25,773 bases of DNA from Pseudomonadota bacterium (lineage in GTDB: Bacteria > Bdellovibrionota > JAFGOL01). Made by a program: the position numbers and the translations under genes. The DNA lies in NCBI GenBank assembly GCA_043808895.1, contig JAZDEK010000204.1, positions 1 through 25,773 on the forward strand, written 5' to 3'. Shown here piece after piece: positions 1-7,777 of the stretch (positions are counted from its first letter, which is position 1; each line of letters opens with the position of its first letter). The notes under the pieces were generated by a model, which made no database searches, was not told where the DNA came from, and saw nothing but the letters and a program-made list of their open reading frames with translations.

Positions 1-382
1 AGCGATGTCTGTCCAGCCTTACGTTGCCCAACGCCTTAGTAAAACTGTACCAAAAAGAGTCCTCACTATCTGAATTTGTGGCGGCAAGGACCTTTTCACA
101 GTTTTTCCTGATCAAACTTACGTTATCCTCACCAATGATCCAAACAGCCCCACTTATACAAGTGATCCTGGAACAATCTTCCTGGTAGTTACCGAGTTCA
201 GAACCGGAACAAAAGTCACAGACGTTCTTTGCCGTTTCCCTATCAAGATCCACATATGCTACATCCGAATAGTAGTAAGTGATCTTAGAGCACCAGGACG
301 CACCATCCTGTTGCGCTGCTCCTACCGTAGCAAAAATGTTCCCAGAGACCCAAACCAACGATGCCAACAAAAAGATCTTCAT
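1..382 (-). CDS. Exported Cys-rich hypothetical protein, partial (runs off the left edge; not in the ORF track)
   Basis: Hand translation from ATG at 382 gives MKIFLLASLVWVSGNIFATVGAAQQDGASWCSKITYYY..., 127 open codons to the window edge. It has a signal-peptide-like N-terminus, 6 Cys, and an AGGAGG Shine-Dalgarno (SD) about 9 nt upstream. Confidence 0.8.
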   Translation of the reverse strand, partial: MKIFLLASLVWVSGNIFATVGAAQQDGASWCSKITYYYSDVAYVDLDRETAKNVCDFCSGSELGNYQEDCSRITCISGAVWIIGEDNVSLIRKNCEKVLAATNSDSEDSFWYSFTKALGNVRLDRHR

Positions 383-445
383 TTTAATTTCTCCTCCTAG
401 TTTTATTTCTAAGGGCCATTAATGCTGGGAAAAAACATATTGTGT

Positions 446-474
446 AATTCATTGTTATAATGTATTGATGAATT
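446..474 (+). promoter_or_regulatory. Extended -10 promoter (TGn-TATAAT) for lysR, overlapped by the inverted repeat AATTCAT-N15-ATGAATT
   Basis: TGTTATAAT at 453-461. AATTCAT (446-452) and ATGAATT (468-474) are exact reverse complements. No SD precedes the lysR ATG at 478. Confidence 0.5.
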
Positions 475-477
475 TAA

Positions 478-1341
478 ATGAGTTTACTATCTCCAGAGCT
501 GCAAGCCTTCGTCGCTATAGTGAAGAAAAGCACTGTACACGGCGCGGCACGCCAGATCGGTCTGACGCAGACCGCCGTAACACAAAGGATAAGGGGCCTT
601 GAAAGAAAAATAGGCACAACGCTATTCACAAGATCAAGAAAAGGGATGTCGCCCACGGAAGAAGGAAAAGCGCTTTATGTTTATTGTCAGAAGGTCTTGG
701 ATATAGAGGGCGAGACACTTTCTCTTATCAAAGGGGATACTCACCAAAAGAACATCCATATTGAGATCGTGGGGTCTTCAAGCATAATGCGGTCGAGAGT
801 AATACCGGGTTCAACAAAACTCTTAGATAGATACAAGGACATCACGTTCACATATCATATCACCGACGATGAATCGCCTGTGCGATACCTAAAATCGGGG
901 GAGTGTCAGTTCGCCGTTCTATCGCCGCTTGAAGTGCCAAACGAGCTGGATTCAAAAATGCTGGAACCTGAAATATATGTAATGGTCGCGGCGCCACGTT
1001 TTAAAACAAAGGACGTTAAAGACATATTAAAGACAGAACGGCTTGTGGATTTTAACTACGGCGATAAATTCACCCTTTTGTTCTTAAAAAAATACGGCCT
1101 TACCACTCTTGCAAAAAAAGAAGGACACTACGTTAATAACACCGACGCTCTTGTTTCTCTTCTTATAAACGGACACGGTTATTCGGTGCTGTCAAAAAGA
1201 TTTGTAGAACCTTATATAAAGAATAAACAGCTCGTAGAAATAATGCCCGGAAAATATTCAAAGATAGAATTCGCGCTTGCATGGTATCCGAGACACGAGA
1301 TGCCAAAATATTTTAAAGAACTGATAAAACTAATCGACTAG
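478..1341 (+). CDS. LysR-family transcriptional regulator (ArgP-like)
   Basis: N-terminal LysR HTH (TVHGAARQIGLTQTAVTQRIRGLERKIGTTLFTRSRKGMSPTEEG), followed by a substrate-binding domain; 287 aa. Confidence 0.92.
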   Translation: MSLLSPELQAFVAIVKKSTVHGAARQIGLTQTAVTQRIRGLERKIGTTLFTRSRKGMSPTEEGKALYVYCQKVLDIEGETLSLIKGDTHQKNIHIEIVGSSSIMRSRVIPGSTKLLDRYKDITFTYHITDDESPVRYLKSGECQFAVLSPLEVPNELDSKMLEPEIYVMVAAPRFKTKDVKDILKTERLVDFNYGDKFTLLFLKKYGLTTLAKKEGHYVNNTDALVSLLINGHGYSVLSKRFVEPYIKNKQLVEIMPGKYSKIEFALAWYPRHEMPKYFKELIKLID

Positions 1342-2544
1342 CCGCCATATCATTATAGAAGCCGTGAGCGCCATAACACCGCCGAATATGAATACAAGAC
1401 ACGGAGATAGAACGAATAAAAAACCTGCAATTACGCTCGCAGGCAGAAGCCCTATGCCAACTATCGTGTTATAAAATCCAAGCGCGGTTCCCTTTGAGTG
1501 TTCAGGTGCTGTTTCTGCAACAAAAGCTTTTTCAACTCCTTTCGTCATGGCGTTATATAATCCATATAATGGCCAGCACAACCATAACAAATAACTTCTA
1601 TCGGGCGTTATAAAACCAAAAGACAAATATACAACCGCATATAAAAGGTACCCAAACACCATAAGTCTTTTTCTTCCCTTCTTGTCTGACAGCCCGCCAA
1701 AGAAAGTAGAAAATATAGCCGATACAAAATTAAATAACATATACATCAGAATAACTTTTGACAGCCCGCCGATAAGACTGCTGCTTTGTAATAACAAAAA
1801 CTGATTGGATGAATTCCCAAGCGTAAAAACAAACTCTGCTAAAAAGAATATCTGAAGATTTTTGCTATATTTTCTAAAATTAAGAGTTGGTTTTAATATC
1901 TCTTTTTTTACATCCGCTTCTTTCACTTTCTCATCTTTTGTGAAAAATAAAAATACAACTCCGATAACTGTCGATATGATCGCTATAATAAAAATCGGAT
2001 AGAACGCTTTTGGCGAAACAACCCCTTTCCCGTAGACGACATCGTTCAAGTAAGGAAAAGAATACTTAATAAGAATGTAAAGAACCGCTGAGCCCATAAA
2101 GGCTCCCGTAAAATCCATGGCCCTCTGGAACCCAAAAGCCTTGCCCAACAAGGTTCTTGGGACGGACTCGGATATCAGGGCATCGCGTGGGGCGGTTCGA
2201 ATACCTTTGCCGACTTTATCAAAAAACCTCACAAAAAATATCGACGCTATACTCGGTATAAAAAACAAAACCTTTGACAGCGACGATAAAGAATACCCAA
2301 ATATGGTAAAAAACTTTCTCTTTTTTAAAACATCCGAATAATATCCCGAGAACACCTTAAGAAGACTCGCCAGACTTTCGGCAACCCCCTCCATTATTCC
2401 AAGGACAGGGCCGACCGAGACGGTAATAGCCCTAACAAATGCCTGTATCAGTGGGTACAACATTTCCGAGGAAACGTCTGTAAACAGCGACGTAAATCCC
2501 GTCATAAGGACGTTCCTACTTATATAACCCCTGTTCTTTGACAT
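1330..2544 (-). CDS. Major facilitator superfamily transporter, substrate unknown
   Basis: 404 aa with about 12 hydrophobic segments. MFS motif-A-like SGYYSDVLKKRK and GGLSDKKGRKR; family-typical TDVSSEM and GKGIRTAPRDALI. Confidence 0.9.
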   Translation of the reverse strand: MSKNRGYISRNVLMTGFTSLFTDVSSEMLYPLIQAFVRAITVSVGPVLGIMEGVAESLASLLKVFSGYYSDVLKKRKFFTIFGYSLSSLSKVLFFIPSIASIFFVRFFDKVGKGIRTAPRDALISESVPRTLLGKAFGFQRAMDFTGAFMGSAVLYILIKYSFPYLNDVVYGKGVVSPKAFYPIFIIAIISTVIGVVFLFFTKDEKVKEADVKKEILKPTLNFRKYSKNLQIFFLAEFVFTLGNSSNQFLLLQSSSLIGGLSKVILMYMLFNFVSAIFSTFFGGLSDKKGRKRLMVFGYLLYAVVYLSFGFITPDRSYLLWLCWPLYGLYNAMTKGVEKAFVAETAPEHSKGTALGFYNTIVGIGLLPASVIAGFLFVLSPCLVFIFGGVMALTASIMIWRLVD

Positions 2545-2651
2545 CCCCGCTAAACCCCTGTAAGAAAAGTGTTGACCCTGTGTTTTATGGTGCTAATACT
2601 ATATTGAAAAATGCGCTAAGGCTGCATAAAAATAAAAAGGAAGGTGTCATT

Positions 2652-2798
2652 ATGAAGAAAGTATTAAGTTTAGTTATCGTTTCTGCTTTTGCTCTTACAA
2701 TGGCTGCTTGCACAAAGAAAGCAACTGAAGAAGTTCCTCCAGCAGATCCAGCTGCTACAACAGCTCCTGCTCCAGAACAGACTCCAGAAAAAAAGTAA
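2652..2798 (+). CDS. Small (48 aa) lipoprotein with a Pro/Ala/Thr-rich tail
   Basis: The ATG at 2652 has an AAGGAAGGTG SD and is preferred over the 2538 start of the ORF track. MKKVLSLVIVSAFALTMAA-C is a signal peptide II with a lipobox. Confidence 0.8.
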   Translation: MKKVLSLVIVSAFALTMAACTKKATEEVPPADPAATTAPAPEQTPEKK

Positions 2799-2817
2799 CT
2801 GATCTAATCAATCAAAC

Positions 2818-2855
2818 AAAAACCGGATCTTTCGACAAGAAAGATTCGGTTTTTT
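2818..2855 (+). terminator. Rho-independent terminator-like hairpin
   Basis: ACCGGATCTTTC-GACAA-GAAAGATTCGGT forms a 12-bp stem with one G-U pair, flanked by an A-tract and a T6 tract. Confidence 0.75.
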
Positions 2856-2861
2856 ATGGTT

Positions 2862-2935
2862 TGGGAGATCGTCTAATGGTAGGACAGCGGACTCTGACTC
2901 CGTCAATCTAGGTTCAAGTCCTGGTCTCCCAGCCA
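2862..2935 (+). tRNA. tRNA-Gln (anticodon CTG)
   Basis: Cloverleaf: acceptor stem TGGGAGA/TCTCCCA with U1-A72, D-arm GTC...GAC, anticodon arm GCGGA-CTCTGAC-TCCGT with CTG at 2894-2896, T-loop TTCAAGT, discriminator G73 and an encoded CCA. Confidence 0.97.
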
Positions 2936-3074
2936 AAAAGCTCTATTACTCGTCAAGCCTCAGATCAAATGCACATATGACGGGGCAAAGTATTTCAGCA
3001 TCACCCGCATTCTAGTTGTTGTATTTTTTTCACAGTTAATGTATACAGTAACGGACTTTGAATCAGGAGGTCCT

Positions 3075-3644
3075 GTGAAAAAACTATTAATTGCCACCTT
3101 GTGCTTTCTTGTAGGCCTAAGCTTGTACTCTCAAGAGAAGAAAACTCCTTTTTGGGGTTTGTTGTCTTTTAACAACAACGGGCAGGTCGTCACATATAAA
3201 GGAGCCAAAACAATTTCTGCCGCCGTGTTTATAAGTGACGTATTAAGTGGAGGTTATTGTTTCGCCGGAGATGAGGGGCAAGCTTACTCAGATTTATCTC
3301 AAAACCGGAACTCATACGTTCTAAAGAATAAAATAAGTTGGAAAGGAGACCCCAAGGTCAGCACCTATCCAGGAAACACAGATCTATACGAGAATGCTGA
3401 AGTTCCAACAGAAGAAACATACGGCATATACGTTGATGACACAAAAAAGATCTACATTAAACTTGAAAAAGAAAGAACTTGTGTAAATTATGTGCAGGAA
3501 AGGATAGATTGGGAAGACGGTGCGCGTCAGATAGGTATTTACTCATGTCGTGAGTGGGAAGAAACAACTTGCGACCAGATCATCCCAATAAAAGTATGTG
3601 AAAAATGGGAAGCCCCTCTGCAAGAATATTTAATGAACCAATAA
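3075..3644 (+). CDS. Exported hypothetical protein (189 aa from the GTG start)
   Basis: AGGAGG at 3065-3070 precedes GTG at 3075, in frame with ORF 3039..3644. MKKLLIATLCFLVGLSLYS-Q looks like a signal peptide; 5 Cys in the mature part. Confidence 0.75.
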   Translation: MKKLLIATLCFLVGLSLYSQEKKTPFWGLLSFNNNGQVVTYKGAKTISAAVFISDVLSGGYCFAGDEGQAYSDLSQNRNSYVLKNKISWKGDPKVSTYPGNTDLYENAEVPTEETYGIYVDDTKKIYIKLEKERTCVNYVQERIDWEDGARQIGIYSCREWEETTCDQIIPIKVCEKWEAPLQEYLMNQ

Positions 3645-3667
3645 ACACTTCGCCAGCGAAAGCGGAT

Positions 3668-4777
3668 CTAAATTATAGGAATACCGCTCGAATTAACATG
3701 TATATAACGTGCCTCGCTGTTAGGTGTCACACGGAGTCTTATTCTCTTTTTTGTTTCAGCCGATTTGATCACTAGTTTCACTTCTTCGTCGCCATGGTTG
3801 GACAAGATATGTAGGAAGTAAGGATCATTCGCTCGATACACGTCATAATCAAACGTACCCATAAACGAGTACGTAGTCCAATGGCGAGTATCTTTCCCAT
3901 GAATTTTTAGGATCACATCCCCAGGTTTTATTCCTTGTTTGTCAGCTATCGAAGACGGTTCTACATAACTCACAACGCGCCAGTCTTCAGGATCGAACCC
4001 GAGTCCCAATCCGCCATAACGAAAATAACGTACGTACCGTGTTGGAGCTTTGTTGACTTGATCAGGGAACTCCCCAGCGAGCTCGCCAAACATCGACGGC
4101 GCAACATCACGGATGTCTGAATTAGTTCCTTCATTATCAGCTTCACCTATCCAGAGGAGCGGAGGAGTCTTTATTTTTTTATTTTCCATAAGTTTGGCGC
4201 GATTTAGGAAATTAAGTCGAATATTGGTGTAATAACTGATCGTAGTATAGCCGGGCGTTGTCGTGGAACTGGTTACAGGCACCTGTGAAGAGTACCCCAT
4301 CATATCCCAACCGATCATGCCGGTATTCCATACGGTCTGAAGCTGTGTGCTAGTAATCGTGGTCGGCGGTGTGTATTGTTCCTTCTTGCCGATAAAAAAA
4401 TCCATACTGATAAGTATTTGTGGATCCTCTTTAGCTCGTCTCATCCCATTTTCTTGCAATATTTGCTCCAACTGATGAAATAATTCTTTTTCAAGAAGCG
4501 GATTGGCCTTGTTGGTGTAATCAAAGTCAAAGGTCTTGTAGGCGGCAAGAGTTTCATCAACGTCCTTATATATTTTAACGTTGATCGCTTTTGTGGGAAA
4601 AACAGCCGGATAGTCCGGAGAACCAACAGGTGCGTAAGCAGGCTGATATCCCAACTCTAGAACTATTCCAGGCTCGGTTGCCAACTCAGAAGTAGCCGCG
4701 GTTCTCATAGACGACGTTGTCGCGCACCCGGAAATTATCGCTGCAAGACAGCAAGACGACAAAAGTTTTATTATCAT
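3668..4777 (-). CDS. Lipoprotein with a DUF4136-like N-terminal domain and a C-terminal PDZ domain
   Basis: Lipobox ISG-C. YKTFDF...LFHQLEQILQENGMRRAKEDPQILISMDF resembles DUF4136. GGLGLGF...VSYVEPSSIADKQGIKPGDVILKIHGK is a PDZ signature. Confidence 0.75.
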   Translation of the reverse strand: MIIKLLSSCCLAAIISGCATTSSMRTAATSELATEPGIVLELGYQPAYAPVGSPDYPAVFPTKAINVKIYKDVDETLAAYKTFDFDYTNKANPLLEKELFHQLEQILQENGMRRAKEDPQILISMDFFIGKKEQYTPPTTITSTQLQTVWNTGMIGWDMMGYSSQVPVTSSTTTPGYTTISYYTNIRLNFLNRAKLMENKKIKTPPLLWIGEADNEGTNSDIRDVAPSMFGELAGEFPDQVNKAPTRYVRYFRYGGLGLGFDPEDWRVVSYVEPSSIADKQGIKPGDVILKIHGKDTRHWTTYSFMGTFDYDVYRANDPYFLHILSNHGDEEVKLVIKSAETKKRIRLRVTPNSEARYIHVNSSGIPII

Positions 4778-4827
4778 ATGATCCTCCCTCTTAAATTATA
4801 TCACAACAGTGCGCTAGCCAACCTCTT

Positions 4828-5607
4828 TCAAAACGCTATACCGATCCTATATGCCGTATATCTCTGGTTATATCTTAACAGCGACTCATTGTAACCATTA
4901 TAGACCTGAAAGAACATCATTGGATTAAAAGTCCCCCAGCCTAGCCTCATGCCAAGCCCTATCTCCTGTCCGCCCTTTGCTATACATTGAGAATAAGAAC
5001 CGCCTGAAAAGAACGCGAAATACATTACGATCCTGTCTATGAACTTCTCGGGCTCAAAATAATTTATGAGAGAGAAGCGCATGTCCCACCATCCGGAGTA
5101 TTCCCTGTAATCTCTGTTATTGTCGTCGAATGAGCCGCCGTAGAACCATTTTACTTTTGTATCCCAGTTAAAGCTCCATTGATAGAATTTAACAATGGTA
5201 TAGAGCTTTACATAACTTCCGCTCCACGCGCGGGAATCTGCACCGGCCTTTCCGTCCGATTTATGTTCGAATATCCCAAGATCTATTGCCTTTATAAACG
5301 TATCCTCGGAAAATTTCAGCCTGTAGAAAAGATCCGGATTAAAATTTATATCGCTGAACGGCATGGAAGTCTGCCCAAGCTCCCAAAACATAATCTGAGT
5401 GTAGCCAAAATATAAATCGATATAACTGCTTATTTTATATTTCAAACTGATCTGGAACTTTGTGTTAGGGGCGCCGAATATCGCGTAGAAGTCATTGTGT
5501 TTACTGATACGGTCGCTTAGATCCTCACCACTTTTTGTTGGCGCTTTATCTTGCGAAAAAATAGGGATCGTTAACATAAAAACAAAGACGAGAAGGATCT
5601 TTTTCAC
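4828..5607 (-). CDS. pldA: Outer membrane phospholipase A (OMPLA)
   Basis: KFQISLKY, YFGYTQ..FW, FSDINFNPDLFY, catalytic H-x-S-x-G...SRxW (HKSDG...SRAW), C-terminal RIGIAF, and a signal peptide. Confidence 0.88.
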   Translation of the reverse strand: MKKILLVFVFMLTIPIFSQDKAPTKSGEDLSDRISKHNDFYAIFGAPNTKFQISLKYKISSYIDLYFGYTQIMFWELGQTSMPFSDINFNPDLFYRLKFSEDTFIKAIDLGIFEHKSDGKAGADSRAWSGSYVKLYTIVKFYQWSFNWDTKVKWFYGGSFDDNNRDYREYSGWWDMRFSLINYFEPEKFIDRIVMYFAFFSGGSYSQCIAKGGQEIGLGMRLGWGTFNPMMFFQVYNGYNESLLRYNQRYTAYRIGIAF

Positions 5608-5621
5608 AGCTACCCTCTAAA

Positions 5622-6731
5622 TTAATTCGAGAAACATTTTTCAAAAGACGAAACCCTCAGGAATTTTGGTTTAACAACGTAGTCGCCGGTCCTGTCTATA
5701 AAACCCCATTTTCCGTTCTCTTCCACAGCCGCTAATCCATGGCTGAAATCGTTTATCGCGTCGAATTTTGGTTCAACAATATATTTCCCTTCAACATCTA
5801 TAAAACCCCATTTGCCTTTTATATCCACGGCGGCAATACCGCCGCTGAAGTTCCACGCCCAATCATACTGCGGTTCTATAATAATTTTCCCTTCCCTGTT
5901 TATATAACCCCATTTCCCCCTGGAGCGGACCATCGATATATCCTCGACAAAATCGTGAACTTCGCCGAATTGCGGCCTTATAACGAAGTTACACTTCTTA
6001 TCTATAAAACCCATAAGTCCGCCGCTTTTTACTCTAGCAAGTCCGTCAACAAAATCATTCGTATAACCGAATCTTGCTGATATCACCATTTTTCCGTCGG
6101 TGTTTATATAACCCCAACTTTTACGTTTTACTTTCACTCTGGCAAGTCCGTCGGAGAATTCTCCCGCGCCAAGATATTTAGGTGTAACGATGTAAGAGCC
6201 TGTCTTATCTATGAAACCATATTTCCTTTTAACCTTTACCCTGGCGATACCGTTCAAAAAATCGTCCGACGACGTGAACATTGGTTCAACAATGTACTCG
6301 CCGCTCATGTTTATATATCCCCATTTTTTATCGACCTGCACCCTTGCAAGCCCTTCGGAGAAAGCTCTAGCGTAATCGTATTTTGGTTCTATTACGAACG
6401 TACCTTTTATATCCACATATCCCCACAAACCGTCCACCTGTACAGCGGCAAGACCTTCGCTAAAATCGGAGATAAATTCAAACTGTGGTTTTATAACGTA
6501 ATGTCCTCTTGGATCTATGAAGCCCCACTGACCGTCGATGTAAACACCGGCAAGACCTTCGCGGAACGGACGGGCATCGCTGTATTTTTCGCTTACAACA
6601 AAATCCCCGTCTTCATCTATAAAACCCAATTTTTTATTCCCGGCCATAGCGCGCACACAAACACTTTCCTCTGAACAAAGTTCAGCGCTAAAAATAAAAA
6701 GAGCGAGTACTGTAATAACAATTTTTCTCAT
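5622..6731 (-). CDS. Exported WG-repeat (WG_beta_rep/KWG-type) protein
   Basis: Signal peptide followed by ten repeats of about 34 aa: WG(F/Y)I(D/N)xxG...P...F..G(L/I)A.V. Confidence 0.9.
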   Translation of the reverse strand: MRKIVITVLALFIFSAELCSEESVCVRAMAGNKKLGFIDEDGDFVVSEKYSDARPFREGLAGVYIDGQWGFIDPRGHYVIKPQFEFISDFSEGLAAVQVDGLWGYVDIKGTFVIEPKYDYARAFSEGLARVQVDKKWGYINMSGEYIVEPMFTSSDDFLNGIARVKVKRKYGFIDKTGSYIVTPKYLGAGEFSDGLARVKVKRKSWGYINTDGKMVISARFGYTNDFVDGLARVKSGGLMGFIDKKCNFVIRPQFGEVHDFVEDISMVRSRGKWGYINREGKIIIEPQYDWAWNFSGGIAAVDIKGKWGFIDVEGKYIVEPKFDAINDFSHGLAAVEENGKWGFIDRTGDYVVKPKFLRVSSFEKCFSN

Positions 6732-6779
6732 CGTTCTACCAATTCAGGCTTAGGATTTTACAAGGTCTTCTTTGCGTTG

Positions 6780-7772
6780 TCAGCATATTCTTGGGAGCTG
6801 CATAGTCTCCAGCATCCCTAGTTTTCTAATACCCCCGATCTTGGTTTCCACCGTAAGTTCGGCCTTTTTGGATGAAATAACCTCGCCTATTACGACCGCA
6901 TGCGCGCCAAAAACTTTTTTGACATATTTTTCGGAGCCTTTTGGGCACACAACTATGTAACAACCCTCGTTGGCAAGATATAGAGGGTCATATCCTATGA
7001 GCGCGCAGAGAGCTTTTACGTTCTTATCTACCGGGATATTCTTTTCAAAAAGCCGAATCCCGCATTTTGAGTGCTCACATATCTCATATAAAGCAGAGGC
7101 TGTGCCACCTCGGGTCGGGTCTTTAATTACATGGATGTTTTTTGTCAGGGACAGAAGTTCTTCTACCTTCTTATTTAAAGGAGCAACATCGCTTTTTATC
7201 TCAGCGTCGAATTTTATAACACCTCTATACTTTAATAACGTAGCCTCGTGATTACCTATTGAGCGAGTAACAAGAACAACGTCCCCTTGTTTTGCGTTAT
7301 GAGTTGAGAGGTTAATGCCTTTTTTTATAAAACCAATGCCGCAGGTGTTTATGTAAACACCGTCGCATTTTCCTTTTTCAACGACCTTGGTGTCGCCCGT
7401 TACTATTTTAACATCAGCCTGCTTTGCGGTCTTTGCTATTGAATCTATAATTTTCTTTAGGATCTCGAGCGGAGTTCCTTCTTCCAGAATGAACGACAAC
7501 GTTATCGCATACGGTTTGGCGCCGCTGGTTGAAAGATCGTTCACTGTTCCGCATATACACAGTTTTCCTATATCTCCACCCGGGAAAAACAAGGGCGACA
7601 CAACATAGCTGTCTGTTGTGACCGCTATTCTTAGATCCGGACGATTTAAAAGCACCGCCGAGTCATCTAATTTATTTAAGACGCTGTTTGAGAGTCTTTT
7701 TATAATATAGCCTGAGATGAAGTTATGCATTTCTCTTCCGCCGGAGCCAAGATTAAGTGTAACTTTGTCCAT
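6780..7772 (-). CDS. hypE: Hydrogenase maturation carbamoyl dehydratase HypE
   Basis: DSYVVSPLFFPGGDIG, GTVNDL, GDTKVV, DPTRGG, LANEG and the C-terminal PRIC. The start is likely 7772 (or 7781), not 7835. Confidence 0.96.
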   Translation of the reverse strand: MDKVTLNLGSGGREMHNFISGYIIKRLSNSVLNKLDDSAVLLNRPDLRIAVTTDSYVVSPLFFPGGDIGKLCICGTVNDLSTSGAKPYAITLSFILEEGTPLEILKKIIDSIAKTAKQADVKIVTGDTKVVEKGKCDGVYINTCGIGFIKKGINLSTHNAKQGDVVLVTRSIGNHEATLLKYRGVIKFDAEIKSDVAPLNKKVEELLSLTKNIHVIKDPTRGGTASALYEICEHSKCGIRLFEKNIPVDKNVKALCALIGYDPLYLANEGCYIVVCPKGSEKYVKKVFGAHAVVIGEVISSKKAELTVETKIGGIRKLGMLETMQLPRIC

Positions 7773-7777
7773 TATTA

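Noticed and set aside
2538-2651. Longer start of the small lipoprotein ORF given by the ORF track
   Set aside because: It overlaps the MFS start, lacks an SD and would bury the signal peptide. The ATG at 2652 has a good SD.
3645-3667. Bidirectional terminator between convergent genes
   Set aside because: Only a 4-5 bp stem (TTCG-CCAG-CGAA) with no U-tract is present.
2862-4827. Genomic island integrated at tRNA-Gln
   Set aside because: No integrase or transposase is present, and I found no duplication of the tRNA 3' end in non-coding DNA. Short CCCAGCCA matches near 19070 and 19220 lie inside coding genes.
5622-6731. CRISPR array or DNA tandem repeat
   Set aside because: The periodicity is at protein level (WG repeats of about 34 aa) with diverged DNA and no repeat-spacer structure.
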